A stretch of 64,000 bases of DNA from Microcoleus sp. (GCA_052279835.1 CP181291.1:3872001-3936000); one strand, 5' to 3'. Positions 15,934-27,640 are shown, counted from the first letter of the stretch. Notes: generated by a model not told the origin, from the letters alone. A program made the numbers and translations.

Positions 15934-18492
15934 ATGAACGATCGCACATCCAATCCAAACATCCCTCCACACACCTGGAAACGCGCCATTGGCCTCGGTT
16001 GGGACAACCCCTACACAGTCCGCTACGCCAGCAATCTCGACGATGGTCCTTGGCACGGAATGCCCTTGGGTGGCTTCGGTGCTGGGTGCATTGGTCGATC
16101 GCCCCGTGGAGACTTCAACCTGTGGCACATCGACGGTGGAGAACATATTTTTAATAGTTTGCCCGCTTGTCAATTCAGCGTTTTTGAAGAAACTGCTGGT
16201 AAGAAACAAGCTTTTGCACTGTGTACTGAACCGCCTACAGATGGCAGTTTATCTAGTTGGAAATGGTATCCCAACGAAGGAAGAAGGAAGAAGGAAGAAG
16301 TCAACCCCCCGCAACCCCACCCAAGGAAGAAGAACCCCCCCCTACCCCCCCCAAGGGAGAAGAACCCCCCCCTACCCCCCCCAAGGGGGGAAAATAAGAG
16401 GGAAGAGGAAGAAGGAGGAGGGGGAGAATCTCAATCTTCTGGGACTTATCATGCTTTGTATCCCAGGAGTTGGTTTGTTTACGAAAATGTATTTCAGGCA
16501 GAATTAAGCTGCGAACAATTCTCGCCAATTTTGCCTGATAACTATCAAGAAAGCAGTTACCCAGTAGCCATGTTTGAATGGGTGGCACACAATCCTACAG
16601 ATGCGCCGATAACTCTCAGCATCATGTTAACTTGGGAGAATATTGTCGGCTGGTTTACTAATGCTAATAAGTCCCCAGAAATCAAGGTGCGGGATGATGG
16701 TAGTCCCGCCTATGAGTATCTGCCTCGGTGGGGAGAAAGTGGCGGAAATATGAATTTGTTGGTGGAAGATTTTCACCGGATTGGCTGTGTCATGACGCGC
16801 TTAAATGCTGATGATGAGCCAAAAGAAGGGGATGGACAATGGGCGATCGCCACTATTACCAATCCAGCCGTAGAAGTATTCTATCAAACTCGCTGGAATC
16901 CTGCGGGGAATGGGGAGGAGATTTGGCAACACTTTTCTGGGGAAGGTTTCTTGTTGGATGATAAAGACGAGACACCCGCAGCCCCTGGAGAAAGATCGGC
17001 CTGTGCGATCGCCGTTCGCTTTACAATTAGACCAGGAAAAACTCGCAAAATTCCGTTTATTTTAGCCTGGGATTTCCCCATTACTGAATTTGCAGCCGGA
17101 GTTTGTTATTACCGCCGCTATACAGATTTCTTTGGGCGCAATGGCAAAAATGCTTGGCCGATGATTCGTACTGCTATGAAGCATTCCGATACTTGGCGCG
17201 AAAGTATAGAAGCTTGGCAAAAACCGATTTTGTCACGGGAAGATTTGAGTGATAGCTTCAAAATGGCTTTGTTTAATGAGTTGTATATCCTCACTGACGG
17301 CGGTACTCTTTGGACTGCGGCGGATGAACGCGATCCCAAGGGTCAATTTGGAGTTTTGGAGTGCCTTGATTACCGTTGGTATGAAAGTTTAGACGTGCGT
17401 CTTTACGGTTCCTTTGCTTTATTGATGTTGTGGCCGGAATTAGAAAAATCGGTAATGATCGCTTTTGCGCGGGCAATTTCTACAGGCGATGATACACCGA
17501 GAATTGTGGGCTGGAATCAAGCTGCTGCCATTAGAAAAGCTGTCGGCGCGACTCCCCACGATTTGGGTGCTCCCAACGAGCATCCTTGGGAGAAAACGAA
17601 CTATACTAGCTATCAAGATTGCAATTTGTGGAAGGATTTGCCTTCGGATTTTGTGTTGCAAGTTTATCGCGATTTCCTGTTGACTGGTAGCACAGATTAT
17701 GAGTTTTTACAAGATTGTTGGCCGGCAATTGTTGAGGCTTTGGCTTATCTGAAAACTTTTGATGAGGATGGTGATGGGATTCCTGAAAATTCGGGAGCAC
17801 CGGATCAGACGTTTGATGACTGGCAAATGCGGGGGATAAGTGCCTATTGTGGGGGTTTGTGGTTGGCTGCGCTCGAAAGTGCGATCGCGATCGGCGAAAT
17901 CTTAGAAGATAGAGCGCCAGAAATAATTCCGAATCCTCAAGCAAAGATTGCATTATATCACAGTTGGTTGGAACAAGCCAGACCAAACTATCAAGAAAAA
18001 CTCTGGAACGGTCAATATTACCGTTTGGATAGTGAGAGTAATTCCGCAGTGGTAATGACAGACCAATTGTGCGGTCAATTTTACGCAAAACTGTTAGGTT
18101 TGCCGGATATTGTACCGCTAGAATGTGCCATTAGTGCTTTAGAAACTGTCTACGAATCTTGCTTTCTGAAGTTCAAAGATGGTGAGTTTGGGGCGGCCAA
18201 TGGGTTGATGCTCAATGGGGCACCGGAAAATCCGAATGCGACTCATCCTCTAGAAGTTTGGACGGGGATTAATTTTGGGCTAGCTGCTTTTTTGGTGCAG
18301 ATGGGAATGGAGGATAAGGCATTTAAGTTGACTGATACCGTGGTGCGACAAATTTATGACCATGGGTTGCAGTTTCGGACGCCGGAAGCGATTACGGCGA
18401 CGGGGACTTTTCGGGCTTGTCACTATTTGCGTCCCATGGCTATTTGGGCTGTTTATTATACCATTTGCATCAAGGGTAAGCAGGATGCCTAA
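15934..18492 (+). CDS. GH116 glycoside hydrolase (non-lysosomal glucosylceramidase-like) with an in-frame repeat insertion
   Basis: GMPLGGFGAGCIGR, FNLWHIDGG, LECLDYRWYESLDV, PDQTFDDW, FRTPEA, YLRPMAIW. Confidence 0.92.
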   Translation: MNDRTSNPNIPPHTWKRAIGLGWDNPYTVRYASNLDDGPWHGMPLGGFGAGCIGRSPRGDFNLWHIDGGEHIFNSLPACQFSVFEETAGKKQAFALCTEPPTDGSLSSWKWYPNEGRRKKEEVNPPQPHPRKKNPPLPPPREKNPPLPPPRGENKREEEEGGGGESQSSGTYHALYPRSWFVYENVFQAELSCEQFSPILPDNYQESSYPVAMFEWVAHNPTDAPITLSIMLTWENIVGWFTNANKSPEIKVRDDGSPAYEYLPRWGESGGNMNLLVEDFHRIGCVMTRLNADDEPKEGDGQWAIATITNPAVEVFYQTRWNPAGNGEEIWQHFSGEGFLLDDKDETPAAPGERSACAIAVRFTIRPGKTRKIPFILAWDFPITEFAAGVCYYRRYTDFFGRNGKNAWPMIRTAMKHSDTWRESIEAWQKPILSREDLSDSFKMALFNELYILTDGGTLWTAADERDPKGQFGVLECLDYRWYESLDVRLYGSFALLMLWPELEKSVMIAFARAISTGDDTPRIVGWNQAAAIRKAVGATPHDLGAPNEHPWEKTNYTSYQDCNLWKDLPSDFVLQVYRDFLLTGSTDYEFLQDCWPAIVEALAYLKTFDEDGDGIPENSGAPDQTFDDWQMRGISAYCGGLWLAALESAIAIGEILEDRAPEIIPNPQAKIALYHSWLEQARPNYQEKLWNGQYYRLDSESNSAVVMTDQLCGQFYAKLLGLPDIVPLECAISALETVYESCFLKFKDGEFGAANGLMLNGAPENPNATHPLEVWTGINFGLAAFLVQMGMEDKAFKLTDTVVRQIYDHGLQFRTPEAITATGTFRACHYLRPMAIWAVYYTICIKGKQDA

Positions 18493-18590
18493 CCCCTACT
18501 CCCCACAATAATTTTGGGAGATTTCTATTAGACATCTCCTAAAAAGACAGTCAAGAACAGGCAGGATGCCTGTTCCACAATGATTATGAC
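18478..18590. repeat. TAGACATCTCC / GAACAGGCAGGATGCCTGTTCCACAA REP/MITE family
   Basis: Related copies at 59173-59248 and 60590-60650. Confidence 0.65.
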
Positions 18591-18605
18591 AGAGGTAGAT
18601 TGAGC

Positions 18606-19820
18606 TCAACCGATTAATTTAGCCACTCGCAAAGCAGATGTAATCGCTCCTTCATGCAAACCATCACCCAAATAAGCCCCCCCATGATAAGTATGATTCT
18701 CTCCATTAGTCTCGATAATTTCATTTCGATATCGGAAAGATTCCACTGTATATAAAGGGGTGTGATGTTTCTGAATGTGAATAATCTGGTCTTTTGCAAT
18801 CAATTCATCCAGGTGAAAAGCTAAACTGTATTGTCGCGAAGATGAGATACCACAAAGCTGATTTAAGCTCGCATTATAGCCCCATCCTTTGTCTGTTTCA
18901 AAAAAATCAAATTCTGATAACTTGCGAATACCGTAGCGATCGTACATGGATGTATCCGAATGCAGCAAAGTAGTCGCATAATTGGCTTGCCATGCCGAAA
19001 ACCGCTTAGTTTCCGCATCCGTCGGGTCAGACAACAGCTTCATTACGCAATCGGGAGGTGTTGCAAAAACAACCTTATCAAACTCCTGAATCTCCCCAGT
19101 AGACAGCACAATTTTTACACCATCAGCGCCTCTACAAATACTCTCAATTTCCACATTAACCAAAATTTTACCCTGAAAGCGATCGATAATTTTTTCAATG
19201 TAAGAATACACGCCACCTTTAATCCTTACCCAGTTAACCGACGCATATTCCCGTAGCATGGGAATCGCCAATTCTGCGGGAAAATTGTTGATAATTTCAA
19301 AAGGAATCGAGTAGCTATACATGGTTAGTAACTTGAGCCAAGTATTGCGTACACAGGAGCTATTTAAAGGCTGACCCAGTGGCATATCGTAGAAATCATG
19401 CGTTTGAGAAAATCGCATTTTCAGGATGAATCCAGCAGAACGAGCATAGAGAGCATCGAGTTGTAAATATTCAATCAGGCGTTGAATTCCCGTGAAGTTT
19501 TTCTGAATGGCGACTCCTGATAAAAAGTGGCGGCCGTCTTTAAAAAATAGCGAAGAACCTATTTCCACAGGTTCTAATTCTACTCCTAGCTCTTGCATGA
19601 GAGTAGCAAAATTATAAAACACTGTCGGAAATTCTAATACCCCATTTTCTAATATCTCTTTACACTCAGATTGATTGGGCGCAACGTTTTTGTTGAGTGT
19701 CCGAATATGTCCGCCTAAAATTGGCTGTTTTTCAAACACTGTAACATCATGCTTCTGTTTATCGAGCCAGTAGGCTGTGGCCATTCCACTAGCTCCGCCT
19801 CCAACAATTGCAATTCTCAT
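18606..19820 (-). CDS. FAD-dependent oxidoreductase (amine-oxidase fold)
   Basis: IAIVGGGASG...VFEK...GGH; C-terminal GAYLGDGLHEGAITSA. Confidence 0.85.
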   Translation of the reverse strand: MRIAIVGGGASGMATAYWLDKQKHDVTVFEKQPILGGHIRTLNKNVAPNQSECKEILENGVLEFPTVFYNFATLMQELGVELEPVEIGSSLFFKDGRHFLSGVAIQKNFTGIQRLIEYLQLDALYARSAGFILKMRFSQTHDFYDMPLGQPLNSSCVRNTWLKLLTMYSYSIPFEIINNFPAELAIPMLREYASVNWVRIKGGVYSYIEKIIDRFQGKILVNVEIESICRGADGVKIVLSTGEIQEFDKVVFATPPDCVMKLLSDPTDAETKRFSAWQANYATTLLHSDTSMYDRYGIRKLSEFDFFETDKGWGYNASLNQLCGISSSRQYSLAFHLDELIAKDQIIHIQKHHTPLYTVESFRYRNEIIETNGENHTYHGGAYLGDGLHEGAITSALRVAKLIG

Positions 19821-19842
19821 GGTTCTCTCCTAAATTGATAGA

Positions 19843-20190
19843 AGGAAGATGGAAGATGGAAGATGGAATATGAAAGATTGAAGATGGAATATGAAAGATG
19901 GAATATGAAAGATGGAAGAAGAACCCCCCCCAGCCCCCCCCAAGGGGGGAAGTCAGAGGGAAGATGGAAGATGGAAGATGGAAGATGGAAGATGGAAGAT
20001 GGAGGAAGAACCCCCCCCTGCCCCCCCCAAGGGGGGAAGGAAGATGGAAGATGAAATATGGAGGAAGAACCCCCCCCTGCCCCCCCAAGGGGGGAAGTCA
20101 GAGGGAAGATGGAAGATGAAATATGGAATAAATTTTCGTTCCCAGGTTCTACCTGGGAACGCATTGCTAGAGGCTCTGCCTCGTGTTTTT
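19843..20190. repeat. GAAGATG heptamer array interleaved with CCCCCCCTGCCCCCCCAAGGGGGG elements and a TCGTTCCCAGG...CCTGGGAACG REP
   Basis: Directly visible tandem and palindromic repeats. Confidence 0.8.
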
Positions 20191-20206
20191 TATTAGAGAA
20201 TTCCTC

Positions 20207-21739
20207 CTAGCCTAAAATTGGATCGCCTGATAAGCGTTGATACAAAAGTGCTCCTGTCCAAAATGTCGGCGCAAATCCTGGGTAGCCGGAGGAGGCATTG
20301 CAGAAATAGAAATTGTTGAGGGAGGTTTCGTGATTTAGCCGATCGACTCCCATGTTACGGGGCGTTAGACTAGAACCATAGGAATTGCCATTAGGACACC
20401 AGCAGAAGCGCTCGTTAGTGGTGGGACTTCCTGTAATATGAAAGACCATATGTTTGCGGAAATTCGGAACGTAGTGTTTCTCAACTACGTCTAAAATTGA
20501 ATCCAAAATTTCTTTTTTCTTGTTTCGATAAGCTTTGCGATCGCTATCCCAGAGTTGCTTAAAATAACTGTAATTAGCAACAGTGAGAAATTCAACTATT
20601 TGACAATCTTCTGGACAATCTCTCCGCGCTTGGGTCAGTAAAGTTGGAGTTGTGATGGCAAAACTGGGATTAGAAAAATCATTTTGCTCGTACATTTGAG
20701 CAAATGCTTCATTCAAATCTTGATGCCCAGAATGAAAGGTATTCCACTTGCCAAATCCATAGTCTCGGAGATCGATATCTTTGACAACACAGTAGGCCAT
20801 GTAGTTAGATGCAGAATACTCATAATTCAGTTTCCGCCTTACTGTTTGAGAGAACATTTCCTCACCAATCATTTTGGCTGCTTTTTTCGGATCGAGGTTG
20901 CAAATCACGGTGTCTCCGGTGAATTCATGAGTTTGATGGGAGGTCAAATCCATGGCTTGCACTCCGGTAACAGTTCTGTTGGTGAGTCTAAAATTGATGA
21001 CTTCATGATTTAGCTGCACCTTGCCGCCGTGGGATTCAATGACTTGAACTAAGGAATTGATGACATCCTCAAAATGTTGGGTTGGGTAAAATGCACCTTC
21101 TTGATAGCCTCTAAATAAGGCAATCCACGCATAGAAAGAAAGTTGATTTGGTGGGAGTAGAAAATCTGGCCATTGCAAGGCTAGTAAGGTTTGGGCTGCT
21201 TGTGGAAGTTTGAATTTGTCGAAAACATCTTGAAGTGTACTATTAAGATATTGGATGGCACAAAATACCTCACTGAAATGTTTGACTAATTCCACTGGCT
21301 TGATGGGAGGAGCTAGTTTTTTTAAGCCGGCGGCAGTCTTTTCAACTTCGTTGACAAATTGGGAAATTCGACTGGCATCTTCAGGAAACAACAGGGACAA
21401 TCTGCGAATCAATTCTGTTGATTCTGAAGGAATATCCAGGGAATATCCAGGCATTTTCATACGATCGAAGCCATTGGGATCGTAACGTTCAAAGGTGACA
21501 TCTCGATCCAAACCAAGCTTTTTGAGTACGCGATTGACAGTATGTCCTTCACCGCAATCCCAAACGTAGTGAAATTGGGCATTAAACGTATATTTTTTTG
21601 CCATTGTAAAGGTATGACCAAAGCCCCCCGGATGTTCATGGGCTTCGAGGATGTGCACGGTTTTGCCAGAATTTGCCATCAAGGCCCCAAAAACCAGTGC
21701 GGATAAACCACTGCCGACGATCAGGTAATCTGTTTTCAT
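20207..21739 (-). CDS. Phytoene desaturase / retinol saturase-like FAD oxidoreductase
   Basis: YLIVGSGLSAL...LEAHEHPGG; GSPTTNERF...GNSYG. Confidence 0.82.
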   Translation of the reverse strand: MKTDYLIVGSGLSALVFGALMANSGKTVHILEAHEHPGGFGHTFTMAKKYTFNAQFHYVWDCGEGHTVNRVLKKLGLDRDVTFERYDPNGFDRMKMPGYSLDIPSESTELIRRLSLLFPEDASRISQFVNEVEKTAAGLKKLAPPIKPVELVKHFSEVFCAIQYLNSTLQDVFDKFKLPQAAQTLLALQWPDFLLPPNQLSFYAWIALFRGYQEGAFYPTQHFEDVINSLVQVIESHGGKVQLNHEVINFRLTNRTVTGVQAMDLTSHQTHEFTGDTVICNLDPKKAAKMIGEEMFSQTVRRKLNYEYSASNYMAYCVVKDIDLRDYGFGKWNTFHSGHQDLNEAFAQMYEQNDFSNPSFAITTPTLLTQARRDCPEDCQIVEFLTVANYSYFKQLWDSDRKAYRNKKKEILDSILDVVEKHYVPNFRKHMVFHITGSPTTNERFCWCPNGNSYGSSLTPRNMGVDRLNHETSLNNFYFCNASSGYPGFAPTFWTGALLYQRLSGDPILG

Positions 21740-21759
21740 AATAACCTCGCAGGAGCTTG

Positions 21760-21822
21760 CAAACCCAGTGGCTTTAGCCCTGGGGGGAAAAGTAACACGG
21801 GATAGTTTAGTGTCCTGTCAAT
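21760..21822 (-). mobile_element. Possible IS200/IS605-type end remnant (PATE-like)
   Basis: Hairpin CCCAGTGGCTTTAGCCCTGGG resembles IS605 subterminal hairpins; TTGAC on the minus strand; no transposase nearby. Confidence 0.35.
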
Positions 21823-21905
21823 GGGATATTTCCTCGATCGAGTGAATCGGGCGATCGTTCTATCTTGAGACTAACTCTCAATTCTGAGGAAATTATGAAG
21901 ACAAT

Positions 21906-22020
21906 AGTTGATATCAATTCCGGTTGTATCGGAATGATTTAACCGCGAAGGCGCGAAGTACGCGAAGCAAGAGAAGAGAGAGTTTAATACAGGACGATGA
22001 AGAGAGGATTTTATATGATG
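21906..22020 (+). repeat. Dispersed ~115-bp element (GTTGTATCGGAATGATTTAACCGCGAAGGCGCGAAG...GAAGAGAGGATTTTATAT)
   Basis: Copies at 27280-27640, 48027-48142 (inverted) and 63623-63761. Confidence 0.75.
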
Positions 22021-22042
22021 GGTATTTCAGCCGGGTTTGGTA

Positions 22043-25000
22043 TCAGGTAAGTGGGTGGAAGAGAATGTCGATCGCATTGGGACTTGCTTCTACTCCTTTG
22101 AGTATAGCTAAAAGTCGATCGCTGGAGGCTATCTTGATGAAAGTGGCATTGTTTTTTGAGATGATGCGGAGTCGATCGACTGTCAAGTTTCCTGTTAAAA
22201 CAAGCACATCTTCATCCGGGGTAAAATCAGTAATTACATCGCTGCCTTCGGGCGCAGTTAATACAAAGTAATCTCTTCCATTTCCACCTTGTAACGTATC
22301 ATCGCCTAAATCTCCCATTAGCCAGTCATCACCTAAGCCGCCAATCAAAGTATCGTCACCTTTGCCGCCTTGAAGAGTATCATTTCCTTCACCCCCGCAC
22401 AATTTATCGGTATCGTCATTGCCAAAAATTAAGTCATTGTCATTACCACCACAGAGGCAATCTTTTTGACCGCTAGCATCTGTGGCAATATTATCCATAT
22501 CTCCCACAATTGTATCGTCTCCTGGGCCACCACAGATGCTGTCATTGCCTAAATCTCCTAATAGTAAATCATTGCCAGTATTGCCGAAGATTAAATCGTT
22601 ATTTTTGCCACCGTGTAAGGTATCATGATATTCGCCACCAGACAGAGTATCTTCGCCTTCTTGTCCATGGAGAAAATCTCGATCGCGATCGCCAAATAGC
22701 AAATCTCGTCCCGTTAAATCGCCATCAGATGAGTTAGAAGTACCACCAAATAGACTATCAGCACCTTCACCGCCAACTAGAGTATCATTGCCCTTATCGC
22801 CCCAGATTAAGTCATGGTTTTTGCCACCGATCGCCAAATCATGATCCTTACCTGAATAAATAATATCATGGCCAGCATGACCGATGATATAGTCATTATT
22901 TTCGTTACCAAATATGGTGTCGCTGTCTGTATCCGGTGCGACAGAAATGTTACTAGGAAATCCCCCATAGATATAGTCGCCACCTTGCAATCCAATGAGT
23001 AAGTCGCTACCCTTAAAACCATTGATAATGTCATTAAAATTAGTTCCGGTTAAGGTATCTTTATCCTCAGTAGGGCTGAAAGTATTTTGAGTAATCTTTG
23101 GGTGAGGAAGGGACGGGATATCTGGTAAAATAGTGCGATCGCAAAAGCAGTTTTCCGAAAAAGTATCGATATTTCCCCCATCAAAATCAGTCAGCATTTC
23201 CCCAGGTTGGAGGGGCGTTGGATGGTGGGTACCCATCCCCACTGAAATCGCAGTCGGAATCTGAGTCAAATTTTCACCTGATGTGGGAATTTCCGCAGGT
23301 GTGGGAGTCGGAATCGGAGTTTCCGCAGGTGTGGGTGTGGGAGTCGGAGTCGGAGTTTCCGCAGGTGTGGGTGTGGGAGTCGGAGTCGGAGTTTCCGCAG
23401 GTGTGGGAGTCGGAGTCGGAGTTTCCGCAGGTGTGGGAGTCGGAGTCGGAGTTTCCGCAGGTGTGGGAGTCGGAATCGGAGTCGGAGTTTCCGCAGGTGT
23501 GGGAGTCGGAATCGGAGTCGGAGTTTCCGCAGGTGTGGGAGTCGGAATCGGAGTTGGAGTTTCCGCAGGTGTGGGAGTCGGAATCGGAGTCGGAGTTTCC
23601 GCAGGTGTGGGAGTCGGAATCGGAGTCGGAGTTTCCGCAGGTGTGGGAGTCGGAGTCGGAGTTTCCGCAGGTGTGGGAGTCGGAGTCGGAGTTTCCGCAG
23701 GTGTGGGAGTCGGAGTCGGAGTTTCCGCAGGTGTGGGTGTGGGAGTCGGAGTCGGAGTTTCCGCAGGTGTGGGTGTGGGAGTCGGAGTCGGAGTTTCCGC
23801 AGGTGTGGGTGTGGGAATCGGAGTCGGAGTTTCCGCAGGTGTGGGTGTGGGAGTTGGAGTCGGAGTTTCCGCAGGTGTGGGTGTGGGAGTTGGAGTCGGA
23901 GTTTCCGCAGGTGTGGGTGTGGGAGTTGGAGTCGGAGTTTCCGCAGGTGTGGGTGTGGGAATCGGAGTCGGAGTTTCCGCAGGTGTGGGTGTGGGAATCG
24001 GAGTCGGAGTTTCCGCAGGTGTGGGTGTGGGAGTTGGAGTCGGAGTTTCCGCAGGTGTGGGTGTGGGAATCGGAGTCGGAGTTTCCGCAGGTGTGGGTGT
24101 GGGAATCGGAGTCGGAGTTTCCGCAGGTGTGGGTGTGGGAGTTGGAGTCGGAGTTTCCGCAGGTGTGGGTGTGGGAGTTGGAGTCGGAGTTTCCGCAGGT
24201 GTGGGTGTGGGAGTTGGAGTCGGAGTTTCCGCAGGTGTGGGTGTGGGAATCGGAGTCGGAGTTTCCGCAGGTGTCGGAGTTGGAATCGGAGTTTCCGCAG
24301 GTGTCGGTGTCGGAGTCGGAGTTTCCGCAGGTGTCGGTGTCGGAGTCGGAGTTTCCGCAGGTGTCGGTGTCGGAGTCGGAGTCGGAGTTTCCGCAGGTGT
24401 GGGAGTTGGAATTGGTGTCGTATCTACAATAGTCAAAACAGCCGTAGAAATAGCCCCCAAATCAGCCCCATTAGTAGGAGAAATTAATCTTAAATTAACA
24501 GTTTCCTTTCCTTCTACTAAGGTGTCATCAATAATTTCAATAGTGAAAGATTTACTGGTTTCGCCGATCGCAAAATTCAAAGTACCCGATGTTGCGGTAT
24601 AATCGCTGCCAGCATTCGCCGAGCCATTACTTGTGTTATAATTGATACTAGCTACTGCATTTATCTCATCAGTGCGAGTCACAGTAATTGTCGCAAAATT
24701 ACCGTTTTCATTAACCGTATAATCGGCTTGACTAAAGTTAAATGTACCTGTATTATTGACGTTGATATTGAAAGTTTGATTTGGCGAAGTATCCACGCCA
24801 CCGTTATCAATACCGCCGCTGTCTTTGAGATTTATAGTAATCGTAGCACTACCAGTTTTACCAGGGGCGGGCGTAAACGTTAGTTGTCCTAAAGAGTCGA
24901 TCGCGGGCGGTACGCTAAACAAACCGGGATTGTCATTCCCGACTACTTGAAAACTAACGGTTTGTGCAGACTCGTTGGCGGGGCCCGGAGAAATCGCTGT

Positions 25001-26836
25001 AGCCCATCCAGCAACGGTTTGGGGGCCTGCGTTGCGGTTGAGAGTGCGATCGGACCCTTTGACAAATGAGGGTGCATCGTTGACTGGATTAACTGCGATC
25101 GCGGATGTTATCGCATTAGTGCTAAACGGCGTTGTTCCCCCGGTGACAGAAGCATTGACACCCGTTGTACCGCTAGCAATTCCGTTACTTCCATCCCACG
25201 CGCGAAAGGTAATTTTTGGCTCACTACCAGACGTAGTATAATAATCTGGGTTGGGTAAAAAACGCACTTTCCCAGGTGTTTGCACCGAAACTCCTGTCAG
25301 GTTAATGTTAGCTTGGGCTGAAGTAGTATCGTCTCCTAGAAATATAAAATTAGGAGTTTCGTAAGGATCGATCGCACCGCTAAAGGCAGTATAATCTCGG
25401 AGTGGGCCGGTTAGTATTACCTCGCTATCATCATAAAGAAAGTAATTTGCACCTTGCACTTTCAGAATATAATTAGTAGCAAAATTAGTGTTGTAAGCAA
25501 CATTCTCCGCAGCCACCAATAAGCTATTAGTTTGCCCCCCTGGATTAGGAGTAATGCCGTCTCCCTGGGCAAAAATATTCCCAGAAGTTGCAGATAGCTG
25601 TTGAAAACCGATTTCAATTGCTTTGCGATCGCTTGTTACCGCTATAATACTAAAACCAGCTCGATTGGGATTAGTGCGCGATTCGGACAGAATTTGCAGA
25701 TTAAAAGATATACTAAAGCCAGAATTGCGATCGAGGAGCGGAAATGAAGGATTTAAAGGATTGTTGCTATACCCCGCATAAATATTATTAGCAGCATTGC
25801 TATTTAAATTAACTCCATTACCGCTAAATATTTCCGAAGCAATAACCCCAGGGCCCGCAGCATTTAAATTAGTAAAATTTAGCCAACCTTGCTCGCTGGG
25901 AGTGTTACCAAGTAAGCCATTATAAACAACATTCGCTCCTAAAACAGTTGCTGAATTTTCAGAAACATTACCAAAATTTGTCCAAGTATTGCCGCCATTA
26001 GTCGAGAATTGCCAATTGCCGTTAATATTCTCAACTCCCGTAACGGCGACTCCTAACATATCCTGATTAGTATCACTACCCAACTCCGCAAGATAGCCAC
26101 CAAAGCTAAATCCTGTGTTAGCTGAGTTAGTTATATCTTCGTTAATCTGGAATGAGGGATTAACAGTAGGATTTGCCAAATTTGGAGCGCTATTTACCTG
26201 GGGATTGCGGAGGCTGTTAATATAAATAGTGTTAATTCCACCATTGGGCAAGCCGAGGGAACCGGGGCTGTTGACAGCATAATTTATAGTTTTATTGACT
26301 CCGCCCAAAGCACTGGAAAACTCGACAATGCCACCGTTGTTCGGTGCAGCAATTTGCACCTTAGCTGCATTGCCAAATTCTCCGTGGGTTCCTGATGTCC
26401 TCCAGGCGATGGAATCTACTGTATTGGTGGTAGTGAGAGGGGTAGTATTATCAACATATACAACATCGGAAGCTGCTAAATCGCTATCAAAGTTTCCGAC
26501 TGGTAGTAACTTGGTCAAAAATCCACCTTCGGCACTCAATCTAATATTCCAATCATTATTTGTGCCCAGCGGTAGAGGATTGTAAACAATCTCTTGATTA
26601 GCCGGAGGGCCACCAATAGCAAGTATTGTTCCTGCTTTAAAAACAGGCGCAATACTTGCCATATTAGTAAATCTGTAAGCTGAATATTTAGCTGTTGTGG
26701 GAACAGTTGAATCCCCCACAAAATAGTTCTGAAGCTGAGTTACAGTTAAATCTTCTGTCAGCAATAACTCTATATACTCGTTACCTGTAATGTCTCCTGT
26801 AGCCCTGCGGAATTCGTTGATAATTATCTGTCCCAT
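22043..26836 (-). CDS. Giant RTX-type secreted protein: lamin-tail-like N-domain, Ig/cadherin-like modules, choice-of-anchor-Y-like insert, Calx-beta, P/T linker, hemolysin-type Ca-binding repeats
   Basis: IIINEF..EYIELL; NDAPSF; Calx-beta [23 protein letters not shown]; many GGxGxD repeats; no N-terminal signal peptide (T1SS-type); ATG at 26836 preferred. Confidence 0.85.
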   Translation of the reverse strand: MGQIIINEFRRATGDITGNEYIELLLTEDLTVTQLQNYFVGDSTVPTTAKYSAYRFTNMASIAPVFKAGTILAIGGPPANQEIVYNPLPLGTNNDWNIRLSAEGGFLTKLLPVGNFDSDLAASDVVYVDNTTPLTTTNTVDSIAWRTSGTHGEFGNAAKVQIAAPNNGGIVEFSSALGGVNKTINYAVNSPGSLGLPNGGINTIYINSLRNPQVNSAPNLANPTVNPSFQINEDITNSANTGFSFGGYLAELGSDTNQDMLGVAVTGVENINGNWQFSTNGGNTWTNFGNVSENSATVLGANVVYNGLLGNTPSEQGWLNFTNLNAAGPGVIASEIFSGNGVNLNSNAANNIYAGYSNNPLNPSFPLLDRNSGFSISFNLQILSESRTNPNRAGFSIIAVTSDRKAIEIGFQQLSATSGNIFAQGDGITPNPGGQTNSLLVAAENVAYNTNFATNYILKVQGANYFLYDDSEVILTGPLRDYTAFSGAIDPYETPNFIFLGDDTTSAQANINLTGVSVQTPGKVRFLPNPDYYTTSGSEPKITFRAWDGSNGIASGTTGVNASVTGGTTPFSTNAITSAIAVNPVNDAPSFVKGSDRTLNRNAGPQTVAGWATAISPGPANESAQTVSFQVVGNDNPGLFSVPPAIDSLGQLTFTPAPGKTGSATITINLKDSGGIDNGGVDTSPNQTFNINVNNTGTFNFSQADYTVNENGNFATITVTRTDEINAVASINYNTSNGSANAGSDYTATSGTLNFAIGETSKSFTIEIIDDTLVEGKETVNLRLISPTNGADLGAISTAVLTIVDTTPIPTPTPAETPTPTPTPTPAETPTPTPTPAETPTPTPTPAETPIPTPTPAETPTPIPTPTPAETPTPTPTPTPAETPTPTPTPTPAETPTPTPTPTPAETPTPIPTPTPAETPTPIPTPTPAETPTPTPTPTPAETPTPIPTPTPAETPTPIPTPTPAETPTPTPTPTPAETPTPTPTPTPAETPTPTPTPTPAETPTPIPTPTPAETPTPTPTPTPAETPTPTPTPTPAETPTPTPTPAETPTPTPTPAETPTPTPTPAETPTPIPTPTPAETPTPIPTPTPAETPTPIPTPTPAETPTPIPTPTPAETPTPIPTPTPAETPTPTPTPAETPTPTPTPAETPTPTPTPTPAETPTPTPTPTPAETPIPTPTPAEIPTSGENLTQIPTAISVGMGTHHPTPLQPGEMLTDFDGGNIDTFSENCFCDRTILPDIPSLPHPKITQNTFSPTEDKDTLTGTNFNDIINGFKGSDLLIGLQGGDYIYGGFPSNISVAPDTDSDTIFGNENNDYIIGHAGHDIIYSGKDHDLAIGGKNHDLIWGDKGNDTLVGGEGADSLFGGTSNSSDGDLTGRDLLFGDRDRDFLHGQEGEDTLSGGEYHDTLHGGKNNDLIFGNTGNDLLLGDLGNDSICGGPGDDTIVGDMDNIATDASGQKDCLCGGNDNDLIFGNDDTDKLCGGEGNDTLQGGKGDDTLIGGLGDDWLMGDLGDDTLQGGNGRDYFVLTAPEGSDVITDFTPDEDVLVLTGNLTVDRLRIISKNNATFIKIASSDRLLAILKGVEASPNAIDILFHPLT
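23285..24415 (-). repeat. Coding tandem repeat of 24/30-bp units encoding (PT)n-PAET
   Basis: About 1.1 kb of GGAGTCGGAGTTTCCGCAGGTGTG variants. Confidence 0.95.
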
Positions 26837-26940
26837 ATAGATGCACCTAAATTTCAAATAAAAACGATGTTTTATCTGTCAAGCACTGCCACCCTAGGAC
26901 TGGCAATAAATACCAACTTTTATGAGGCTGCATAGAATTC

Positions 26941-27022
26941 GATCCCCCCTAGCCCCCCTTAAGAAGGGGGGGACCGGAAGCTTTTTGAAGTCCCCCTTAA
27001 AAAGGGGGATGCGAGGGGGATC
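26941..27022. repeat. GATCCCCCTAGCCCCCCTT...AAGGGGGAT...GGGGGATC MITE/REP-like element
   Basis: Nested inverted repeats. Confidence 0.7.
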
Positions 27023-27192
27023 GAGATATGTGCAACGACCCATTAAATTGGTACAACCTAAATTGATTTTGGTCTCAATATTTTATGTAATAATACTGAG
27101 ATAAAATACCAAATTAGTATTAAATATGATTAAATATATTACTTGTACTGAGCAGCTATGTCAAGCATAATTTTAAATAATTGACAGGACTT

Positions 27193-27640
27193 ATATCAAA
27201 TGGGGTAGCATCGGCCTGCATTCATCTCTCTTATCTTCCTCTGTGTCCTCTGCGTTCTCTGTGGTAAAAATAATTCAAGTTGCATCGGAATGATTTAACC
27301 GCGAAGGCGCAAAGGGCGCGAAGGAAGAGAAGAGAGAGATTAATAATTCTGATGAAGAGAGGATTTGATATCAAATGGGGTAGCATCGGCCTGCATTCAT
27401 CTCTCTTATCTCCCTCTGTGTCCTCTGCGTTCTCTGTGGTAAAAATAATTCCAGTTGTATCGGAATGATTTAACCGCGAAGGCGCAAAGGGCGCGAAGGA
27501 AGATAAGAGAGAGATTAATAATTCTGATGAAGAGAGGATTTGATATCAAATGTGGTAGCATCGTCCTGTATTCATCTGTCTTATCTTCCTCTGTGTCCTC
27601 TGCGTTCTCTGTGGTAAAAATAATTCCGGTTGTATCGGAA
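27193..27640. repeat. 175-bp tandem repeat, about 2.5 copies, built from inverted dispersed elements
   Basis: ATATCAAAT(G/T)GGTAGCATCG starts at 27193, 27368 and 27543. Confidence 0.85.

Noticed and set aside
19789..20196. ORFs within repeat tracts (also 32281-32713, 49049-49316, 27280-27712 and 63533-63842)
   Set aside because: Low-complexity translations of non-coding repeats
23218..24602. Long + strand ORFs ([10 protein letters not shown]..., GVGVGVSA...; also 28651-29649 and 28850-29599)
   Set aside because: Antisense shadows of the stop-free P/T coding repeats
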